The notes under the pieces are model-generated. The model was not told where the DNA came from. It saw only the letters and a program-made list of their open reading frames with translations, and made no database searches. Of a DNA stretch of 64,000 nucleotides, positions 56,653 through 64,000 are shown one piece after another. Positions within the stretch are counted from its first letter, which is position 1. Each line of letters opens with the position of its first letter. Source of the DNA: Eledone cirrhosa (lineage: Eukaryota); assembly GCA_964016885.1 (NCBI GenBank), contig OZ024740.1:82522001-82586000 (forward strand), in the 5' to 3' direction. The position numbers and the translations under genes were made by a program.

Positions 56653-57262
56653 ATATGCGCTGGGTGTGGGTGGCATTATCTTTAAATTTGTAGAGGGGAA
56701 AGATTCTGAAGTTGGGATGATTTTGGGTGGCACAGGTATCAATGTGTTCACTCGGTGGTATTTTCCTGTATTCCCGTATTTTGATTTGGGATCTATGGAC
56801 AGTCATGCGTTGGCGGAGGCTGTTTTTGGCGCAAAACCAATTTTTTATTCACATGACCTCTACCGACCAATCAAAATTGTTTTGACCACAAGAATTTTTG
56901 CTGGAGCCACTTTTTTAACATAAAAACAGTCTTGGCGCAAAATCAATTTTTTACATTCACATGACCTCTACCGACCAATCAAAATTGTTTTGACCACAAG
57001 AATTTTTGCAAATTGGAGCCACTTTTTTAACATAAAAACAGGTACAATTCCCAAAACTAATCAGATCAGAGCAAACAGCACGGACACTCTATCTCAAAAT
57101 TATTTTTGAAAAGCATTTAGAAATGCGCAACCGGTAAAAATTTAAAAACTTAAAACCACAACTGAATACTAACCCATTCAATTACTAATACTCTTTTATT
57201 CCTAATTAAACCATTTTTCAACTGTGAACAATTTGTCAGCATTTTCTATTCCGTTTACCAAT
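55803..57262. mobile_element. Complex fold-back of a Neptune-type PLE 3' end: pLTR arms plus GIY-YIG C-terminal fragment (56266-56475 +, 56657-56806 -)
   Basis: Arms ~55810-56415 and ~56656-57262; TVH..QI...YRKIP.SEHIDTC..F.IFPLYK..R..KE.YFI....PRLN resembles 23296-23646; ~115-bp internal tandem duplication. Confidence 0.82.
57102..57141 (+). ncRNA. Hammerhead-like motif with UUGAAAA / GCAA core (mirror copy ~55932-55970 -)
   Basis: ATTT-TTGAAAA-GCATTT AG AAATGC-GCAA-CCGG-TA-AAA. Confidence 0.6.
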
Positions 57263-57280
57263 ATATATATATATATATAG

Positions 57281-59981
57281 TTATGGAATTATTGTCAGAG
57301 CGGACAAAACAGCAAATGTGTATAGGATGGATGTTAATACATACAATAGCTTCATACGGAAGGAATTACATAGGAAATATAAAAAAAATAATTAGGCGGC
57401 ACTGATAAACATCAACAACGAGGCACACAATATAGTCAAACACCTAGGAATAGACGACAGAACGGAGCCACTTAGACCATGTACACCCACATTTAATCTC
57501 AAAGATCACAAGGTAAATTTTGAATATAACCCCACAATTAGACTTATATGCCCGTCCAAATCGGACATCGGGAAAATTAGTAAACTTATATTAGACAGAG
57601 TGATAGCGCAAATGAAGAATAAACTAGCGATTAAACTATGTGGTAACGCTACCGAAACAATTAAGTGGTTTAACAATATAGCTAACAAAGAAGTATCTAA
57701 ATTTATACAACTTGACATTAACGACTATTACTCCTCTATATCCCCCAACACCTTGGATAAAGCCTTAGCATTCGCCAAAGCCAATACTGACCTAACAGAC
57801 GACGAGATAAAAATCATATTAGCTGCTAGGAAAACAATAATTAAATTTGAAAACGCCTATTGCGAACGTAAGGATAGATTAAATAACTTTGTCATCACGA
57901 TGGAGGCTAACGACTCGGCTCAAGTCACAGATTTAGTAGGTATTTACATAGCCCATAATTTACAAAGTGAGTATAGCGACCTTCACGGTGGAATCTTCAG
58001 AGACGACGCCCTACTCCTAGTTAATAACCTAAATAACCAGAGCATAGAAATACTCCGTAAGAATATTAGAAAGACTCTCGGGAAACTATGCCTTAGCATA
58101 ACATATGCATATAGCACTAAAACAGTTAACTTTCTAGACGCGACGCTTAACCTAAATACGGGACATATAAAATCTTTTCACAAGATTAATGAACACTTAG
58201 CATACATCAACTGTAACTCAAACCACCTACTATCCATAATTAAATCCATTCCATGCAGCATATCCCTTAGGATCTCCCGCCTCTCGTCTAACCGACAAAT
58301 CTTCGAAGAAGATGCAGGATACTACAATACCGCATTAGACAAGGCAGACCACTTAGATAGAGTAGAATATATAGATGAAAGCTTCCGTGAAGCGCACACG
58401 AACACGCATAACACAAACTCCGGTACCACACGCACACACGCAATTAGGCATAGAACTGCAAAGTATACGGCAAATAGAAATACAACATCGAAATCAAACA
58501 AGTCACGCAGTAGAAAATATATTTAGTATAACCCCATATTTAACACATCTATTAGTACTAACCTACCCTCTACCTTCTTTAGAATAATAAATAAACACTT
58601 TCCAGATTCACATAGATACAGCAAAATCCTTAACACTAAATCTATTAGACTATCTTACTCCACAGCACCAAATATAGAGGCACACTTTAAGATGCTTATC
58701 GCTAAAAAGATACATAACAACACCAGAACACAAATTTTCAACAATAACAATACAATCACCATTGAACACAACAGAATATCTAATACACAACCACCCACTA
58801 ATAGGCAAACAAAACGTAACACACTTGTACAGGCATCGCAGCCTACCAATAATGCCAAAGTTGCCCATGACAAGAAATGTAACTGCCACCTACCTGAAAC
58901 CTGTCCATTACATAAATAATGTATGCAGTCTAATCTGGTTTACCAATGCACAGTGGAATCAGACAACCAGGAATGGTATTACATCGGAGCGACTGGGAAT
59001 ACATTTAAAGCCCGTTGGTATACACACCGTTACGCAATGAAACATTCCCAACATCGTTATGTAACTACCTTTGCAAACAAGACCTGGCAACAGATGGAAA
59101 GTAACCATCAATACACTCTGAAGTGGAAAAATTATCGACGCGCCCCCATATCGGACTGCTATGAGAAGCTGTCGATTATACGAACTTGAGATGTTCCACA
59201 TCTTGAGTTCGAAGAATAAGTTACTCAACAATAAAATCGAAAGATCAATTTATTGTAAGCATAGACTCAAAGAGAAGTTTTCGCACTACAAGTGCAAATC
59301 GAACCCTTAACCTCTTACGACCATCTGACAAACTGCATATACTTAGACTTTATACCCTCTTGTTGTATCTAAACCCTTTGAATTACCCACAAAACCAATA
59401 CATATATCCTCCATCTCCTTCATTCCACTTCTATTTCTTCGTTTTCTTCCTTCCTTCCCCCTTTTGGCTATCTTTTCTTTTCTTCTCCCCCCCCCCTCTT
59501 TGCTTTTATTTTTGTCATTATTATCTTTATCTTTATTTTTTATATATATATTTATCTCTTTATATCTCCCCCATCTCTTTCTCTCTCTCTCTATACATCC
59601 CTCCCACTATGATCAATTTAATTCTCTTTAACTCACTACATTCCACGACATGAAGTCTACTTACCAAAACTGATCAAGGAATCCTTTCACCTCTACACCT
59701 CCTTCCACCTCTACCCCTTCCTCTCTCTCTATACTATTCCGTCTGTACCTCACCTTCTGATGCCTCTCTCTCTATACTAGTAAATACAATTCCAAATAAA
59801 TGTTTTTCTCTATATATTAAGAATTATTTCAAGAGTTACTTACTCACTATTTTGGACTGTGAACAACAATTATAATTGAGTGGCTGCTATTTGCAGTATA
59901 GCAATATAAGGTTGCATTTACCAATGAAACGGTTGTAAATACCCGGATAAAATCCTTCTCTTAATGCTTACCGGTGTTTTC

Positions 59982-59985
<4 letters not shown>
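57281..59985 (+). mobile_element. Hydra-clade-type PLE, 5'-truncated and decayed; closest relative here of 28837-31158
   Basis: GIIVRADKT, CPSKSDIG, IFRDDAL, CNCHLPETCPLHK, WYYIGAT; degenerate HHR ~59849-59946; both ends in (TA)n. Confidence 0.9.
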
Positions 59986-60045
<60 letters not shown>

Positions 60046-60337
60046 ATCGAGTATACCATTAAGCATGGTTTGGCGTCGCATATATACTTTTCTTATTAGT
60101 AGTAGAAGATAAGCATTGAGTTAGGAAAATATGTTGTCAATCCTTCTAAATTTAGTCTGTAAGAAAAGCATGCTTAGCGAAAGATTAGCCGAAATAGAAA
60201 CATTTTCAGAATACTTTTGATGGTAATTCGTGTGCTATTTTGTCAGAAATATGTTTATCCAATTCAATTCTTCATGTAAACAAATCTGTTATATATTTCG
60301 TAAAACATTCATGTATTCTTGACAAACATTATTATAA

Positions 60338-60910
60338 GGGCTTGGCAGAATCGGTAGAGGGTCGAACGCCATGCTTTCCAGCATAGTTACGTCCCTTTAC
60401 GAATTGAGTTCAAATCCCGCCGAAGTTCACTTTGCCTTTCATCCTTACAGGGTCGATACAATAAAGTACCAGCAATTCACTGGGTAATTGCTGGCCTTGT
60501 GCCTAAAGTAGAAACATTTATTATAAGGGCTTGGCAGTATCGGTAGAGGGTTGAAAGCCATGCTTTCTAGCATAGTTCCGTCCCTTTACAGTCTGAGTTC
60601 AAATCCCGCCGGTTAACTTTGTCTTACATCCTTACGGGGTCGATAAAATAAAGTACAAGTAATGTAATGTGTGATTGCTGGCCTTGTGCCTAAAGCAGAA
60701 ACAATTATTATAAGGGCGGTCGATTGGCACTATCGGTCGAGGGTCGGACGCCATGCTTTGACGTATAGAGTTTCGGCCCTTGCAATTCTGATTTCAAATA
60801 CCGCCGAGGTTAACTTTGCCTTTCATCCTTACGGGGGTCGATAAAATAAGTACCAGTAATGCACTGGGTAATTGCTAGCCTTGTGCTAAATGTAGAAACA
60901 ATTATTATAA
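60338..60910 (+). mobile_element. Head-to-tail trimer of SINE family A (~188-bp units)
   Basis: Units start at ~60338, 60527 and 60714, each with A box, B box, core and AAACA(A)TTATTATAA tail. Confidence 0.9.
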
Positions 60911-62276
60911 ACGCGTCTTCTTTAGATGATTGTGTCCCTATGTAGAACTGGAAAACGATAGGCATCTATTCCCCACAGTCACAAATCTGTCACATGTCGG
61001 CGTGCATTCTAGTTACAAATCTCACCCACATCTTGAAGGATTTGTATGAAATCCTACTCCACTATTCGGCGGTCATTGTTGGAAGACCCTTACTTGTACT
61101 TTTGTAAATATGCCTAGCCCCTGGCCAGATAACTTACGCTGTCTTTCGGTGAACGTATCGAATAGATTACTCAGTAATTCTCTTTCCATTCCATCCTTTG
61201 TGATGTGGTCACATCAAAAACTTTGTGCATAAGATAAATGAAAAATGTATAGTAAATATTTACAAGTTCGTATTGCCTATTGCTATTATTTCTTGCTTCG
61301 CAAGCATAAACCACAGCTGTCTCATGGATTGTCGCAAACAGGTGAACATTTATATATTATCTAATAAAGCAGTTGAACCATAAGTGATATCGGCAAAATC
61401 ATATACTCGAGGACACAATATCCAGATTTGAGAAAGTATGCTGGTTCCCCATGTGACTCAACAGTATGAACTAAAACATCGGTAGGCAGATATCGGCCCA
61501 CATTATAAGATAATATTTGGGTAAAATTGACTGAAGGGAAATAATATACAACCGTCGAACTCTGAGGGTGCAAGTGACAACTAAACGACTAGAGGTTTAT
61601 CAATGATATTTGAGTATCTAATACTCCCTCAATAGGTTATGAACACATTTTGATTTTTCGCTGGGAAAATATAGATTTAATAGACCCCAGATAATATAGA
61701 TACATGTTTTCATATTGATATAGTAACGGCTTAGCCTTTTTTAATATAAATAATCGTTTGTAAATGAAAGGAGCGTATCACACTAAGAAATCTGATCAGC
61801 TCATCGACTCGATAAATTTATTTCAATATTTTGCTTACCTGATTAAACTTTGAATGTGACTAAGGAATAATGGTTAAATGATTAATCAATAGGAGTAAAG
61901 ACAATTATATGCTACACGTGAGCTTCCCAACAACAGAAATTTGGGCACGTTTGCATCACGCGGGAATTTGAGGTGCTATTTTCAAATATATTGTCGGTGA
62001 GTGACGTAGGATAGATGTTAATTGAGACTTGGTAGAGACTGTTTTTGATTTTATTGATATATTCAATTTACGGGCTGTTTTGAAAACATTTCAGTAGCAA
62101 TAATTCGGGGCAGCACTTAGACCTAGGAACAGCTTGAACACTTCTATAATGAGTCATAGAAGTCCAAAAATGTCATGGACATACACACACACACCTACCC
62201 ACAGGCACACACACGTGCACACACATAAAACACGTATATATTAATTTATATATACATATATATATATAAATACATA

Positions 62277-62343
<67 letters not shown>

Positions 62344-62385
62344 CAACAAGGACTAATGGTTTCTTCTTAATTACGTTTATTGGTT

Positions 62386-62470
62386 GGTGACGCGCGTTTC
62401 ACTATTGATCAGCTCAGAGTTCGAACGGTATTGATCTAGCCCGGCTCTGTAATCAATGGCTCGTCGGACC
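62386..62470 (-). ncRNA. Hammerhead motif with CCGACGA core in a solo pLTR
   Basis: GGT-CCGACGA-GCCATTGAT...ATCAATAGT-GAAA-CGCGCG-TC-ACC, followed by AATAAA and (TA)n. Confidence 0.7.
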
Positions 62471-62557
62471 TCTGTGGTAGTAATGACAGAATGAATATAC
62501 ATGGCGTACGAAAAGGTCTAACGTTCCTATGTACACTCCTTGGATATATATATAAAG

Positions 62558-62775
62558 GATCGATCGACTTTCGTCAAATCGGACCGAGGGAACAATGTTT
62601 CCGTTGGTCTTTCCAGTTGCTAATACTATCTATCGGTCGCAACTCCGGGTAGAAGGAGCAACGTGAAATAAAGTGTCTTGCTCAAGGACATAACGCATCG
62701 CCCGGTCAGGAATCGAACTCACAACCTCAACATTGTGAATCCAATTCTCTAACCACTCAGCTACACGCCTCCACA
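62558..62775 (-). mobile_element. tRNA-derived SINE family B (MESC/V-like core), full head
   Basis: GGAGGCGTGTAGCTGAGTGGTTAG A box, GAGTTCGATTCC B box, TGTCCTTGAGCAAGACACTTTATTTCAC core. Confidence 0.82.
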
Positions 62776-62804
62776 CACACATATATATATAATGTATATA
62801 TATA

Positions 62805-63505
62805 TATTGTTATAGTTTGGGAGGGTCATGTTGACAATAAGAAACACACGCACCACATGCTTTCACTTCCATTTATTATAATACATTTATAAATTATAAA
62901 TTTAGGAATTTATAAATTTCTGGTTGGTTGGTTGGTTCCACAACCAGATAGTTGTTTATATATTGTCAAAGTTCTTTCGTCACACATTCTCTGACCTCTT
63001 CAGTGACTGGGGATTCTTTTCTTGGTTTGTGTGCCTCTCCTTTGTTCTGTCCTACGCCAGTTTGTTTCTGTGTGTGTGTTGTGTGCTCAGTCTGCGCATG
63101 CGCCACATCCGGGTGTCTGTGTGTGTTTATATTTCTTTATTTATTTGTTTATTTACATGTTACCGGTTGGTTGTTTGTTCTATGTGTGTGTGTGTTTTCA
63201 TTGTGTCCTTAATGGCGCAGACTGAGCACACAACACACACACAGAAACAAAGTGGCTTAGGACAGAATAAAGGAGAGGCACAAAACAAAGAAAATAATCC
63301 CCAGTCACTGAAGAGGTCACATAATGTGTGCCGAAAGAACTTTGACAATATATAAACAACTATCTGGTGGTGGAACCAACCAACCAACCAGAAATTTATA
63401 AATTCCTAAATTTATAATTTATAAATTTATTATAATAAATTGAAGTGAAAGCATTGGTGCGTGTGTTTCTTATTGGCAGCATGACCCTCCCAAAGTATAA
63501 CAATA
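62805..63505. mobile_element. Fold-back pLTR insertion (arms ~62805-63096 and ~63214-63505)
   Basis: Inverted arms; another tail copy at 49873-50010; abuts (TA)n. Confidence 0.85.
63304..63346 (+). ncRNA. Minimal type I hammerhead (mirror copy 62965-63007 -)
   Basis: GTCA-CTGAAGA-GGTCACA TAA TGTGTGCC-GAAA-GAAC-TT-TGAC. Confidence 0.82.
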
Positions 63506-63560
63506 TCGGTTTCAACACACGATTTCAGATAAAGAATCCTGCTAAACAAATTCAGAAACG

Positions 63561-63609
<49 letters not shown>

Positions 63610-64000
63610 GAGTATGTATATACAAGTTAATATAAATTAATATATTTGATAAACACAAATAACAACATATCCGTCTTTGTATTGTAAAAGACTAAGTTAG
63701 CTAGATTGAAAAATACTAATTATAATAATACAGTTTGCCTGTCTCGATTTAAAATAATAAATCAATAAAAAGAAAGCATATTGGCAAATGGCCGTGGTGC
63801 CTGGACAAATTTAAATTTCAAAATCAAACCTGTTCCGTAGACAGGTTTAAACCTTAAAATCCAAATAAGTTTCGAAAAATGAAAAAGTGAAAAAATACCG
63901 CATTTCTATCTCCTCAGCAAGCACCAGACAAATTGGTATGCTTCACTACAAAATATTTAAAAAGACTGTTTAACGCACATGGTTTTTCACACATGGTTAT

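Noticed and set aside
62690-62775. tRNA gene
   Set aside because: A and B boxes continue into a SINE body with another copy in the window; no complete acceptor stem

Overview
AT-rich eukaryotic genomic DNA with many (TA)n, (CA)n and (CT)n microsatellites and one 200-N gap. The SINE types suggest an octopod cephalopod (inference). No host protein-coding gene can be called with confidence. The window is dominated by Penelope-like retroelements (PLEs): one intact 773-aa RT + GIY-YIG element with a CxCx5Cx5C linker (Hydra-clade type) and an inverted partner at 25.6-31.9 kb, four decayed relatives, a decayed Neptune-type element, and about ten short fold-back pLTR insertions sitting in (TA)n. CR1-like LINEs, a Tx1-like fragment, a Chapaev3-like DNA transposon and two tRNA-derived SINE families are also present. 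Folding by eye shows more than 20 type-I hammerhead ribozyme (HHR) motifs from roughly 10 or more families. Several depart from the canonical core: U3-A8 compensated cores (UUGAAAA), a CAGAAGA core, and, in the intact young element, an HHR with a ~90-nt stem II and no normal stem I, whose 3' strand is complementary to a bulge in stem II (possible pseudoknot or switch). All coordinates and folds were read manually and element boundaries are approximate.
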